Positions 29,836 to 40,343 of a stretch of DNA of 42,234 nucleotides are shown piece after piece. Source of the DNA: Microcoleaceae cyanobacterium (lineage in GTDB: Bacteria; Cyanobacteriota; Cyanobacteriia; Cyanobacteriales; Microcoleaceae); NCBI GenBank assembly GCA_051652765.1, contig JBOFUV010000048.1, forward strand, positions 1 through 42,234, in the 5' to 3' direction. Both the position numbers and the translations under genes were made by a program. Numbering within the stretch: position 1 is the first letter of the stretch; the number at the start of each line of letters is the position of its first letter. Under the pieces are notes generated by a model. That model saw only the letters and a program-made list of their open reading frames with translations. It did not search any database and was not told the DNA's origin.

Positions 29836-30873
29836 ATGACTACAGGCTACCTACTTGATCGCATTTTGTTGCAGTTCACAGAATTAACCTTACATCAAGA
29901 CCTATCAGCTGCCTGTTTGGTTGGAGATCAGCTTTGGGTTGCCTCAGACGAAACCACGTCCCTAGAATGTTTGACCTATTTGGAACATCATCGGTTCTGT
30001 AACCATCAGTCCTATTCCTTGGCTGACTTCTTTGAGGGATTTAACCCAGAGGAAGGGGAAGCAGACATCGAGGGACTGGACTTTGATGGACAATACTTGT
30101 GGATCGTCGGTTCCCACAGCGCCAAACGCAAAAAGGCAAAAGGGGATGAAGGCGATCGCCTGAAGAAAGTTGAACGGGAGGGCAATCGCTATCTGCTAGC
30201 CCGAATTCCTTTGGTAGATGGGAACTTGCATCAAGTCAGCAATCAACTGAGTGCGGCTTGTCTCAAACGGAGTGGACATAGCAACCTGCTCACCGAAGCC
30301 TTGATGCAAGATGAATGGCTAGCTCCATTCCTGACTGCGGGGATTCCCGGCAAAGACAATGGACTGGATGTTGAAGGGCTAGCTGTTTATCAGGACAAAA
30401 TCTTGATTGGCTTGCGGGGGCCTGTGCTCCGAGGAATTGCAATCTTCCTCGAGATTGAGGTAGAGCTGCTGGAATCCCATTCCTTGGGATTGAAGCCTTT
30501 GGGTAAAAACGGCAAGCTCTACAAAAAACATTTTGTAGATTTAGGTGGGCTGGGAATTCGAGAACTCTGCCGAGATGGAGAAGATTTACTGATCTTAGCA
30601 GGCCCATCTATGGATCTAGACGGAGCGTTGCGAGTGTTTCGCCTCCATGACGGGTTTGATCTTCCGGACAACAGTCTAACGAACCAGGAAAAAGGCAAAC
30701 TAGAACGGCTGTTTGATATTCCTTTTGGAGTAGGCACGGATCGGGCTGAGGGACTAACCTTGTGTTCTGCCTTTGGTCAAGTTCCAGCCATTTTGGTGGT
30801 CTATGACATTCCTGATCCAACCCGTGAAGTTCAGCCTCAGAGTGTGTTGGCAGATATCTTTTCATTGTTATAA
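29836..30873 (+). CDS. DUF3616 family protein (likely beta-propeller)
   Basis: LWVASDE, EADIEGL, YLWIVGSHS.KR, KDNGLDVEGL, LRGPVLRG, LGGLGIR, AEG. Confidence 0.8.
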   Translation: MTTGYLLDRILLQFTELTLHQDLSAACLVGDQLWVASDETTSLECLTYLEHHRFCNHQSYSLADFFEGFNPEEGEADIEGLDFDGQYLWIVGSHSAKRKKAKGDEGDRLKKVEREGNRYLLARIPLVDGNLHQVSNQLSAACLKRSGHSNLLTEALMQDEWLAPFLTAGIPGKDNGLDVEGLAVYQDKILIGLRGPVLRGIAIFLEIEVELLESHSLGLKPLGKNGKLYKKHFVDLGGLGIRELCRDGEDLLILAGPSMDLDGALRVFRLHDGFDLPDNSLTNQEKGKLERLFDIPFGVGTDRAEGLTLCSAFGQVPAILVVYDIPDPTREVQPQSVLADIFSLL

Positions 30874-31055
30874 GGCGGAAGTAACCAGCCTTTTTTCAGT
30901 CCTAATCATAATCCAGCAATATCAAATCCAGTTTTGGAAAGCACTCCTTCGCGCAGACCTCTCCTTGCCAAGAAGAAAGGCTACAGGCGGAGGGATGTGG
31001 ATGTAATGACTTTTGGTGCAGGATTTGGTCTGAGGTCTTGATGGCAACTCTTGAC

Positions 31056-31082
31056 GCAAGGGCAAGATGACCCTGCCCTTGC
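31056..31082. terminator. Hairpin between the convergent DUF3616 and ferritin-like genes
   Basis: GCAAGGGCA-N9-TGCCCTTGC. Confidence 0.5.
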
Positions 31083-31116
31083 CCCTCAAAGTTACTATGG
31101 CATTCTTAAGCCATTC

Positions 31117-31875
31117 CTAAGCTGCTTCCAAATCCATCAACTCAATTTCATCAGGGAGGTCAGTGGGTACACCATCCTGAACAAGACGCTGCATTTGTCC
31201 CTGGCGTTGAATAAAGTTCTGAGTCATGGCAAGTAAGGCATTGACTTTACGTCCGCGCCATTCATTAATCACCTTTGCCGCTTCACGGGCGGGTAGTTGT
31301 CGGTGTAATGCCTCATATAAATAGGCAGCATGACGAGTTTCATCCTGGGCAATACTCAGCATTCCTCTGCGGGTGCTAGCAGTTTGAGAATTGTGCTCCG
31401 GCAATACCTGGGCCATCCGTGCAAAATCCTTACTGGCATCTAGCTCTAAAATATAAGTGCTGCCCATGAACACAGTCCAGTTGATGGTGTCTCCTTTTAA
31501 CTGCCCTTGGCTATAGCCGTTAAAGTAAGCATCAAAAAAAGGACTCCGCTGTTCGGTCGGGTTTTTCTGGGCTTGCTCGGCCAAGGTTTTTGGATCAACA
31601 GCTTGCTTGTTGTGGCGCTTGAGAGCTTGGGCAAAAATTTGTCCATGGCGGCGCTCGTCTGCTGCATGACGGGTCAATTGCTCTGCAAGCCAGGTGTCTC
31701 CTTCAGACAGGGCGCGATCGCGCATGGTTTCTAGAAAAGGAACCGACCCGGATTCTGCGAGTTGAAAGCCTGCTAGCAGGTTTGGGCGGGTTTGGGCATC
31801 CCGCATTCCACGAGCCATAATGTAAGCGCTAGCTCCACTGCCAGCAATGTGAAGAAGTTGAGTGAGAACATTCAT
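31117..31875 (-). CDS. Ferritin-like di-iron domain protein
   Basis: E...DERRH and E...DETRH paired motifs. Confidence 0.8.
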   Translation of the reverse strand: MNVLTQLLHIAGSGASAYIMARGMRDAQTRPNLLAGFQLAESGSVPFLETMRDRALSEGDTWLAEQLTRHAADERRHGQIFAQALKRHNKQAVDPKTLAEQAQKNPTEQRSPFFDAYFNGYSQGQLKGDTINWTVFMGSTYILELDASKDFARMAQVLPEHNSQTASTRRGMLSIAQDETRHAAYLYEALHRQLPAREAAKVINEWRGRKVNALLAMTQNFIQRQGQMQRLVQDGVPTDLPDEIELMDLEAA

Positions 31876-32000
31876 AACAATGGTTCCAGGTCATCAAGCT
31901 TGCTACGCTTTTCAGTATGCCGACTTTTCCTGGATTTTGCATGGAGTGTGTAGGAGAGGGAATTGGTTTCCAATTCCCAGCGTTGCTTAACGGCAATATG

Positions 32001-32072
32001 GCCCCCCTTCGCCTCCCAATTCTTGGGGAACCAGACCATCAAAATCCCCCAAGGTTGGGGGATTCAGGGGGC
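32001..32072. repeat. GC-rich branched palindromic dispersed repeat
   Basis: GCCCCC..CCCAA/TTGGG..TCCCCCAAGGTTGGGGGA..GGGGGC; similar to 34645-34716. Confidence 0.8.
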
Positions 32073-32076
32073 AGTA

Positions 32077-33444
32077 CTAATGGCCAATGCCGACGTATTG
32101 GAATCCTGCCGCCTCAAGTTCTTTGCGATTGAGGAAGTTACGGCCATCAATTAGAACGGCAGAATTCATCGACTTTGCCATCGAGCTATAGTCCAGAGTC
32201 TTAAACTGCTTCCAGTCAGTCACCAATACTAGAGCATCACAGCCGTCAGCAAGGCGTTCTGGATCGGTTTCTACAATCACATTAGAGAGTCCATGGCGCA
32301 TTCCCGTCTGAGAAATGATCGGGTCATAGGCTTTGACCTTGGCTCCCAAACGGTTAAGCTGATCAATGATGTTGAGGGCGGGAGCATCCCGCAGGTCATC
32401 GGTGTCTGGCTTAAAGGTTAAGCCTAATAGCCCAACGGTTTTCCCTTTGAGGATCTTCAGAACTTGTTGGAGTTTCTCAATTGCCATCAGCCGTTGACGA
32501 TTGTTGACTTCTACCGCAGCTTTTAATAACTGAGCTTCGTAGTTGTAGTCGTCGGCAGTGTGAATTAAAGCAGAGACATCTTTCGGGAAGCAGGAACCCC
32601 CCCAGCCAATCCCGGCTTGCAGAAACTTACTGCCAATCCGAGAATCTAGCCCAATTCCTAATGCAACTTGGGTAACGTCTGCACCCACGCGATCGCAGAT
32701 ATTAGCAATTTCGTTAATGAAACTAATCTTGGTTGCCAAGAAAGAGTTAGCCGCATACTTCACCATCTCAGCAGAACTGAGGTCAGTCATGACAATCGGG
32801 ACGGGGGGAAGGGAAGCGTCATCACCACATTTGCGCTCAACAATAGGCGTATAGAGTTCTTGCATCATCTTCAGAGCTCTTTCACTATTGCTCCCGAGAA
32901 CAATTCGGTCTGGATTGAACGTATCAGAGATGGCTGAGCCCTCCCGGAGAAATTCAGGGTTACTGACCACATCAAATTCGGCTCCGATTTCCGTTCCTGA
33001 TTTACCTTCTTCTTTCAGACGTTCACAGGCTCCCTCTAAGACAATCATCCGTACCCAGTCTCCAGAACCAATGGGAACGGTAGACTTATTGACAATGACC
33101 TTGTATCCCGTCCTCAAGTTAGCCCCAATTCCCCGCGCAACTGCCTCAACGTAGCGAGTATCACTTTCCCCAGTCGCTAATGCAGGGGTACCGACTGCAA
33201 TGAATAAAATTTCTCCGTGATCAACGCCTGCGCCCAAATCGGAAGTAAAGGTAAGCCGTCCCGAATCCATATTTGATTTCATCAGTTCCGATAACCCCGG
33301 TTCATAAATCGGTGATTGGCCTGATTTCATCAGCTTTACTTTCTCTTCGTTGTTATCAATACAGATAACATCATGACCGATGTGGGCCAGACAAACACCA
33401 GTTACCAAACCAACATATCCAGTTCCGATTACACAAACGCGCAT
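32077..33444 (-). CDS. ugd: UDP-glucose 6-dehydrogenase
   Basis: VIGTGYVGL, IYEPGL, NKSTVP, SNPEFLREG, GWGGSCFPKD, FKPDTDD; start at MRVCVIG. Confidence 0.95.
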   Translation of the reverse strand: MRVCVIGTGYVGLVTGVCLAHIGHDVICIDNNEEKVKLMKSGQSPIYEPGLSELMKSNMDSGRLTFTSDLGAGVDHGEILFIAVGTPALATGESDTRYVEAVARGIGANLRTGYKVIVNKSTVPIGSGDWVRMIVLEGACERLKEEGKSGTEIGAEFDVVSNPEFLREGSAISDTFNPDRIVLGSNSERALKMMQELYTPIVERKCGDDASLPPVPIVMTDLSSAEMVKYAANSFLATKISFINEIANICDRVGADVTQVALGIGLDSRIGSKFLQAGIGWGGSCFPKDVSALIHTADDYNYEAQLLKAAVEVNNRQRLMAIEKLQQVLKILKGKTVGLLGLTFKPDTDDLRDAPALNIIDQLNRLGAKVKAYDPIISQTGMRHGLSNVIVETDPERLADGCDALVLVTDWKQFKTLDYSSMAKSMNSAVLIDGRNFLNRKELEAAGFQYVGIGH

Positions 33445-33638
33445 AGGGATATCCTCAGATTTTCTTGACACAATTGACACGATTCGGTCAGGATCTAATC
33501 CATTCAGAGAGCTGAGCAACAGCATCACTGCATCAAATCTAACTTACTTCTTGTCCTCTTCCTGCTCAGTCTCGGCCCCATTCTATTCTTTTAAAACTGA
33601 CTCTTAGAACTGACTCTCGCAACTTGGCCGCTTACCCT

Positions 33639-34565
33639 TCAAAGGAGACGGCTACTGAAATCATCTATCGCCAGTCTTAATCCCTTGTCCAAAGGAATTG
33701 TGGGTTCCCAATTTAGATAGTGTTTGGCACGGGTAATATCTGGCTGACGTTGTTTTGGGTCATCTTGAGGGAGGGGCTTGAACTGAATTTCAGCATCCGG
33801 GTTGATCATCAGCTGAATCTTTTGAGCCAATTCTAAAATCGTATATTCTCCAGGATTCCCTAGATTAACAGGCCCAATAAACTCTCCATTCATCAACCGC
33901 ATCAGCCCTTCTACCAAGTCCGAAACGTAACAGAAACTTCGAGTCTGAGAACCATCGCCATAGACCGTCAAGGGAATTCCTCGCAGGGCTTGAACGATAA
34001 AGTTACTCACGACGCGGCCATCATTTTCCAGCATCCGGGGGCCATAAGTATTAAAAATCCGAGCGACTCGAATATCAACTCCGTTTTGGCGATGATAATC
34101 AAAGGCGAGGGTTTCTGCAACCCGCTTGCCTTCGTCATAACAACTCCGAATCCCAATCGTATTGACATTTCCCCAATACTCTTCAGTTTGAGGATGGACG
34201 GTTGGATCGCCGTAGACCTCAGAGGTTGAAGCCAACAGAATGCGTGCCCCCACCCGTTTCGCTAGCCCTAGCATATTTAAAGTTCCCATCACATTGGTTT
34301 TGATGGTTTTCACTGGATTATGCTGATAGTGGATTGGAGATGCAGGACAGGCCAAGTGGTAAACCTGATCTGCTTCGAGCCGAATGGGCTCAGTAATGTC
34401 ATGACGAATCAATTCAAAGAACGGGTTGTCGATCCACTTGAGTAAGTTCCGCTTACTGCCCGTAAAAAAGTTATCCAGGCAAATCACCTCATGTCCTTGT
34501 TCCATAAGGCGATCAATCAGATGAGATCCAATAAAACCTGCGCCGCCTGTGACTAAAATTCTCAT
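33639..34565 (-). CDS. uxs: UDP-glucuronate decarboxylase (UDP-xylose synthase)
   Basis: [48 protein letters not shown]; start at MRILVTG. Confidence 0.92.
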   Translation of the reverse strand: MRILVTGGAGFIGSHLIDRLMEQGHEVICLDNFFTGSKRNLLKWIDNPFFELIRHDITEPIRLEADQVYHLACPASPIHYQHNPVKTIKTNVMGTLNMLGLAKRVGARILLASTSEVYGDPTVHPQTEEYWGNVNTIGIRSCYDEGKRVAETLAFDYHRQNGVDIRVARIFNTYGPRMLENDGRVVSNFIVQALRGIPLTVYGDGSQTRSFCYVSDLVEGLMRLMNGEFIGPVNLGNPGEYTILELAQKIQLMINPDAEIQFKPLPQDDPKQRQPDITRAKHYLNWEPTIPLDKGLRLAIDDFSSRLL

Positions 34566-34617
34566 TTCTTTACCGATGAAATAGCTTGGGGAAATCACAC
34601 CCTATGGATTGAAATCT

Positions 34618-34765
34618 AGGCGTTGCTGAATCTTAGGATGAATTCGCCCCCCGGCCCCCAATTCTGGGGGAGCTAGATTTCTCAAAGTCCCCCAAGCTTG
34701 GGGGATTTAGGGGGCGATGCAAAATTTTGTGGTTTGACAGATTCATTCCACAGTTCAGCAACACC
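34618..34765. mobile_element. MITE with target-site duplication
   Basis: TIRs GGCGTTGCTGAA / TTCAGCAACACC; flanking TGAAATCT direct repeats at 34610-34617 and 34766-34773; internal GC hairpins. Confidence 0.85.
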
Positions 34766-34947
34766 TGAAATCTGATCTTAGGTTGCTTTAGCGGACTAGA
34801 AAATTCTAGTTCTACAGTTCTACCTTCTAGCTCCTAATCGGAAGATCAGTAAAGGAAGACAGATTTAGCCATTGCCAAAAACTCCGTCAAGAGTCATTTT
34901 GTCTATTTTACCTCCAGTCTATCTCCAGTTTGGCGTAAGCGTCTGGC

Positions 34948-36783
34948 TCAAAACTCTGGAACTGCGGTAGTATCGCCTTTGTTTTTAAGGGTTTTGAAGT
35001 AAGTCTGGAAGATCTGCTTTGCGACGGGAAGCGCTGATTCGGCCCCATAGCCGCCATTCTCAACAACGACGGCCAGACCAATCTCTGGATCTTGGGCTGG
35101 GCCAAAGCCAACGTAGAGGGAGTGAGATTCTTGCGACAACACTTCAGAAGTTCCGGTCTTGCCCCCGGTCAAAGGAATGGAACCATCGTTCAAACCCTGG
35201 GCTGTACCATATTGAACGACATCGACTAGACCATCGCGAATAACACCAACCATTTCAGGCGTTAGCCCTGTTGCGGTCGGTTTGGTGGCTGGAGTATGGG
35301 TTAAGGAGGCCAAGAGGTGAGGTTTCACCCGATTTCCACCGTTGGCGATCGCCGACACCATGACCGCTAGTTCTAGAGGAGTAGCCAGCAAGGCTCCCTG
35401 ACCAATGGCCATGGTTACCGTGTCCCCTGAATACCACAGCTCATCGTAAAGTTTCTCTTTCTTGGCGGGGGTGAGCACGAATCCCGAACCCCCTTCTGTC
35501 AGGCGGAGCAATTTTAAATCGGTATTGCCAATCCCTAAACGACTTGCCCACCGAGCCAGCTCATCTGGGCCAATCTCTAATCCGAGTTGATAGAAAAAGG
35601 TATTGCTGCTAAAGGCAAGGGCTTCCCGAAAGCCAAGCACCCCATAGCCATGGCCACTATTCTCATGAAATTCTAGGTTCCCAACTAGTATCGATGCAGA
35701 GGTTGCGATCGCATCCCCAGGAGCAAACTTTTTTGAACCCATGCCAGCAGCAGCGGATACAATCTTGAAGGTGCTACCGGGTGGATATCCTTGGAGAGTG
35801 CGATTGAGAAAGGGCTTGTCTTCATTTTGCAAGCTTTGCCACTGCTCATCCGTTAAGGGCTTGGTAAATAGATTGAGGTCAAACCGAGGGCTGCTTGCCA
35901 TGGTCAGCACCTCTCCCGTTTTGACCTTGAGGACAACAACTGCTCCCCGACGAGTCCCCAGAGCTTTCTCTGCTGCCTGTTGCAACGGTAAATCCAAGGT
36001 TAACTGGACTGGAGAGCCAGATCTTGATTCTTTTTCCCCTAGCAATCGTAGCTCTTCATTCTGGGCATTAATTTCAACAATGCGGGAACCCCATACTCCG
36101 GCCAGTTCTTTGTTTGCTCCAGCTTCAACGCCAAGCTGTCCGACGATCATTCCCATCGGGTACTCTGAGTTGGCTTCAAGGTCGGCTTGGGTGGCTTCAC
36201 CAATATAACCAATCACCTGAGCGGCTAAATCGCGCTTGGGATAGTAACGATTGGATTCATTGCGGACTTCTATGCCTGGAATCTCCCCAGACTTTTCCCC
36301 AATCCAGATAAATGCTTCTGGCGTAATCTGACGGCTGACGCGGATGGGAGTAGCGGATTTGTAACTGACTTGCTCTAGCTTGGCCAAAATGCTTTGAACG
36401 GGTATATTTAGCACTTTGCTCAACTGGGGTGCAATCACTCGCCATTGTGATTCAGTCTGTTCCTTCGGCCAGAGATAAACTGATCGAGTCATTCTATTTG
36501 CGGCTAGGGGTTGATTGTTGCGATCGCGAATCTCCCCTCGGTTGGCGGGAATGGGGACGAGTCGCACACGATTTTCCTCTGCCCGTTGCCTGTTTTCTCC
36601 GCCCTGAATCAGTTGTAACTGGGCCAAACGATGAACGTGGAGACCCATGGCTGTCGTCGCCAACACCATCATTAGAAAAGCTCGATAGACTAGGTTGGGC
36701 CTTGCTGGAATAGATTGACCTAAGCTGATCTGAGCTTGTTTGATAGATCGTTCTTCAGAGTCAAATGACAGTTGGCGTACCAT
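34948..36783 (-). CDS. mrdA: Penicillin-binding protein 2 (class B)
   Basis: RGEI.DRN, RYYP, YPPGSTFK, SSN.FFY, AIGQG, KTGT. Confidence 0.93.
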   Translation of the reverse strand: MVRQLSFDSEERSIKQAQISLGQSIPARPNLVYRAFLMMVLATTAMGLHVHRLAQLQLIQGGENRQRAEENRVRLVPIPANRGEIRDRNNQPLAANRMTRSVYLWPKEQTESQWRVIAPQLSKVLNIPVQSILAKLEQVSYKSATPIRVSRQITPEAFIWIGEKSGEIPGIEVRNESNRYYPKRDLAAQVIGYIGEATQADLEANSEYPMGMIVGQLGVEAGANKELAGVWGSRIVEINAQNEELRLLGEKESRSGSPVQLTLDLPLQQAAEKALGTRRGAVVVLKVKTGEVLTMASSPRFDLNLFTKPLTDEQWQSLQNEDKPFLNRTLQGYPPGSTFKIVSAAAGMGSKKFAPGDAIATSASILVGNLEFHENSGHGYGVLGFREALAFSSNTFFYQLGLEIGPDELARWASRLGIGNTDLKLLRLTEGGSGFVLTPAKKEKLYDELWYSGDTVTMAIGQGALLATPLELAVMVSAIANGGNRVKPHLLASLTHTPATKPTATGLTPEMVGVIRDGLVDVVQYGTAQGLNDGSIPLTGGKTGTSEVLSQESHSLYVGFGPAQDPEIGLAVVVENGGYGAESALPVAKQIFQTYFKTLKNKGDTTAVPEF

Positions 36784-37091
36784 GGCGTTCTACAGGAGTG
36801 GACAATTTGTCCAGGAAAATTCCCTTCAGATTGTAAACTAATCGTTCCCCAAGCACCAAGATAGTAAAGCCCCAAACAGGGCTAACCATAGCCAATTGGG
36901 CCAATGTACTAGGATTAACCAGTTTAAAGGCTGAAGCATTAGATTAACTAGAAGAATGCTGACCAATAGACCAATCAGCGTTAGAATACCGTTTCCCATC
37001 CCTCACCCATAGCTTCTTGCATAATCTAGGTTGGTAATCGCATTCAGCGTCGCTCATCATCTACTATAAATATTTATATGGCAATCACTAG

Positions 37092-37139
37092 TGATTTGTG
37101 AGATTGATTTGTGAGATTGATTTGTGAGATTGATTTGTG
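37092..37139. repeat. 13-bp tandem repeat TGATTTGTGAGAT x3.7 upstream of cysE
   Basis: Three perfect copies plus a partial one. Confidence 0.9.
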
Positions 37140-37277
37140 GAATGTTTTCAAGTGCAAGCTTCTAGTCTGCGCGGGCGAGATGCCAACCCGATATTTGTGC
37201 TTCCAGTCAGATTGCCACATCACTAGCTCAACCCGTTTATCGGAAAGAGCTTGAGTTCAGGATTTTGGTACATAGTT

Positions 37278-38024
37278 GTGTTTAAAACCCTCCAGACTGA
37301 CTTTCAAATCATCTTCGAACGAGATCCAGCAGCGCGCAATTGGTTGGAAGTTATCTTTTGCTACCCTGGGCTCCAGGCCCTAGTGTTTCATCGGGTTGCC
37401 CATGGCCTCTATCATTTGAAGCTTCCTTTTATTCCCCGTTTCATTTCCCATATTGCTCGTTTTTGTACGGGAGTTGAGATTCATCCAGGAGCAACGCTGG
37501 GGTCAGGAATTTTTATTGATCATGGGATGGGGGTTGTGATCGGAGAAACTGCGATTGTGGGTGACTATTGCCTGATTTACCAGGGCGTTACCCTAGGAGG
37601 TACAGGCAAGGAGAGTGGAAAGCGCCACCCAACGTTAGGTGAAAATGTTGTGGTAGGGGCAGGGGCAAAGGTGTTGGGGAATATTGAGATTGGGAGTAAC
37701 GTTAGGATTGGAGCAGGGTCAGTGGTGTTGCGAAATGTGCCCCCTAACTGTACTGTTGTTGGCGTTCCGGGTCGTGTTGTCTATCGCTCTGGCGTGCGAG
37801 TAAATCCGCTAGAACATGCAAGTTTACCGGATTCTGAAGCAGTGGCGATTCGGGTGTTGGTAGACCGAATTGAAGGGTTAGAACAGCAAGTCAAACTCCT
37901 GAAGCAATTGATCACGGTTCAACCTAATGAACCGGTTGAGTGCCTGGTAAGTGCTGAGGTTGCTAGCTGTTGCAATCTTCAGGACAGGGCGATCGCAGAA
38001 TTTCTAGATGGATCTGGCATCTAG
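37278..38024 (+). CDS. cysE: Serine O-acetyltransferase
   Basis: RDPAA, YPGL.AL..HR, EIHPGA, FIDHGMG, TLGGTG, RHPT hexapeptide repeats; GTG start inferred. Confidence 0.95.
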   Translation: MFKTLQTDFQIIFERDPAARNWLEVIFCYPGLQALVFHRVAHGLYHLKLPFIPRFISHIARFCTGVEIHPGATLGSGIFIDHGMGVVIGETAIVGDYCLIYQGVTLGGTGKESGKRHPTLGENVVVGAGAKVLGNIEIGSNVRIGAGSVVLRNVPPNCTVVGVPGRVVYRSGVRVNPLEHASLPDSEAVAIRVLVDRIEGLEQQVKLLKQLITVQPNEPVECLVSAEVASCCNLQDRAIAEFLDGSGI

Positions 38025-38212
38025 CAGATTAATTTGCCCAAATCCTGGCCCAAGACTAAGGGCGGGGTTAGACACTCCGTTATGTTAAGAAACTTGGCCA
38101 AACATGAATCTTAGTTGCAATTTTTAGAGAATCTCTTAACCCCTTTAATCCGAATGCTAGGGTTAAATACACGACAAATGTCTGTTTAACAAGCTGATTC
38201 TGGATTTAACTA

Positions 38213-38389
38213 ATGTATAAAAGACGTTCACAGCGAGATCCCTTAGTAGTTGTAGTGATTGGTGCTTTGGGAGCAGGGATTGCAACCTCCTTTGCCGTAG
38301 GCCAAGGTCAAGATCCTTTGGTTGCCCTGGGGATTACTGTATTTGCGGCGTTGCTGGTTTTACTGTGTGATCGCCTAGGATTAGTCTGA
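38213..38389 (+). CDS. Small two-helix membrane protein (58 aa), below the ORF-track cutoff
   Basis: MYKRRSQRDPLVVVVIGALGAGIATSFAVGQGQDPLVALGITVFAALLVLLCDRLGLV*. Confidence 0.7.
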   Translation: MYKRRSQRDPLVVVVIGALGAGIATSFAVGQGQDPLVALGITVFAALLVLLCDRLGLV

Positions 38390-38640
38390 GTCTCAGCAAC
38401 TAGGAAAGCAACTCCTATAACTGTATGTAACAAACAAATCAATTCAGCAATCTCAGATTGACTATCTGAGATACTTTATAAAAGTCCGCACAGGCTGATG
38501 GCCTATGCGGACAAGATGCCCACTCCACGTTCATGATTCACCCCAAATCGCTATAGAATAAAGCTATAACAAGTTGAGAACCAAAGTTTTTGACTTGTTG
38601 CATTTTGCCACCTCTTCAATGAAAAGATAACGCTGAGATT

Positions 38641-40257
38641 ATGATGGATTCCTACGCTTATCTGCATCTATCACTGAACCACAACTCTGCTGTTCAAGGA
38701 GAAGAAAAAGTCCGAGTAGCAGTGGATTGGAAGATGCTATCCAGTCAGGCATTTCAGGGCTTTTTGTCTATTGCCGTTGTTCTAACGGTGTTCAACAGCA
38801 TAGCTCAATCTGCTGATGCCTTAGTTCAACAAGGGAGCGTTGGTTCAGAGGTGAGGGCAGTTCAGCAAGCCTTGCAGGCAAGAGGGTATTTTTCGGCGAA
38901 TATCACAGGTTACTTTGGCCCTCTCACTACAGATGCCATTTTACGCTTCCAAAGGGATGCTGGCTTACAGCAGGATGGCATTGCTGGCCCTCGAACCCTG
39001 GTTGCCTTAGGATTGGTCATATCAAATCCGTCAAATCCCACTGTCCCAGCACGAGATTTAGTGGGTCTGGGGGTTGGAGATCGAGGCCCTGGGGTAAGTG
39101 ACTTGCAGGGGCGATTGCGACAGTTTGGCTACTTCACGGCCAATCCAACGGGTTACTTTGGGCAGATTACTCGGGATGCGGTAGTTCGCTTCCAACGGGC
39201 AAATAGGTTACAAGCAACGGGCCTAGTGACCGAAGAAACCCTGGCAGCACTAAACTTTCGATCCGTGAGCCAGTTCCCATCACCGAGGCCGATCCCAACT
39301 GTGGGCCTAACGGTTCTAAAGTTTGGAGACTTTGGAGGGGAGGTTGGGGTTCTGCAGCAACAGTTGCAACGATTAGGCTACTACAGTGGACTGATTAATA
39401 ATTATTTTGATGCGGATACTGAGTTTGCTGTGATTCGATTCCAGCGAGATTATCGGATTCAACCTACGGGCCAAGTTGGGACAACCACCCAAGCCTTACT
39501 CAGCCGTTCAACTACGGTGATTACAACCCGACCCGTGACTCTGCCCGCTAGACCCCCAGTGACAACCTTGCCAGCCAGACCTCCGATTCAAGTCAATCCC
39601 CTGAACAATAATGTTTTGAGCTTGGGAGATCAAGGTGTGGCTGTGGGTGTATTGCAACAGCGTCTTCAAGCCCTAGGGTATTACACGGGTTCGGTGAGCA
39701 ATATTTATGACTTGACAACCCGGCGAGCGGTGATGAGTTTCCAGAGAGACTATGGCATTACTCAGACTGGTCAGGTAGGGGTCACCACCCAAACCCATTT
39801 GGTTCGGGCTGTTCCTCCCCTACAGTCCGTGTCCACCCCTCGTAACGCCTTGAGCTTGGGCTCTGCGGGAGAAGACGTTCGGCAGTTACAGCAACAACTT
39901 CGAGCCTCAAATTACTACAGCGGCCCAATTACTGGATTTTATGATCGGGCAACTCAGGTTGCTGTTGTGCGTTTCCAGCGAGCGCAAGGGATTACCGCAA
40001 CCGGAGTGACTGGCCCAACAACTCGAACCTATTTATCGAGTGCTCAGTTCACGCCAACTCCAATTTCGGCAGTTTCCTCAAATTCTCTGAGTCTGTCTTC
40101 TCAGAGTATTCAAGACATTCAAGAGCGCTTACGAACTCAAGGACTCTACTATGGGCCAATTGATGGAGAGTACAACGAGCGAACCCAGCAGGCGATCGCC
40201 CGCGCAAGAGATCTCTATGGCGTTAGTGCAGAGACGATTTTATTCGGCGGACTTTAG
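38641..40257 (+). CDS. Peptidoglycan-binding repeat protein (about six PG_binding_1 domains)
   Basis: Repeated G..G..V..LQ..L...GY....G.F...T..AV..FQ units; N-terminal hydrophobic/signal segment; no catalytic domain seen. Confidence 0.9.
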   Translation: MMDSYAYLHLSLNHNSAVQGEEKVRVAVDWKMLSSQAFQGFLSIAVVLTVFNSIAQSADALVQQGSVGSEVRAVQQALQARGYFSANITGYFGPLTTDAILRFQRDAGLQQDGIAGPRTLVALGLVISNPSNPTVPARDLVGLGVGDRGPGVSDLQGRLRQFGYFTANPTGYFGQITRDAVVRFQRANRLQATGLVTEETLAALNFRSVSQFPSPRPIPTVGLTVLKFGDFGGEVGVLQQQLQRLGYYSGLINNYFDADTEFAVIRFQRDYRIQPTGQVGTTTQALLSRSTTVITTRPVTLPARPPVTTLPARPPIQVNPLNNNVLSLGDQGVAVGVLQQRLQALGYYTGSVSNIYDLTTRRAVMSFQRDYGITQTGQVGVTTQTHLVRAVPPLQSVSTPRNALSLGSAGEDVRQLQQQLRASNYYSGPITGFYDRATQVAVVRFQRAQGITATGVTGPTTRTYLSSAQFTPTPISAVSSNSLSLSSQSIQDIQERLRTQGLYYGPIDGEYNERTQQAIARARDLYGVSAETILFGGL

Positions 40258-40289
40258 CAGAACGAAAGTCAAGCCTCTTAGTCCTATTC

Positions 40290-40318
40290 AACAAAGTGTG
40301 GGCCAAACAAGCCCACAC
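40290..40318 (-). terminator. Terminator of fur (U-tail on the minus strand only)
   Basis: GTGTGGGC-N7-GCCCACAC; minus-strand tail TTTGTT, plus-strand tail AAACCAA. Confidence 0.6.
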
Positions 40319-40343
40319 AAACCAATCAATTAATCTCAGAACT

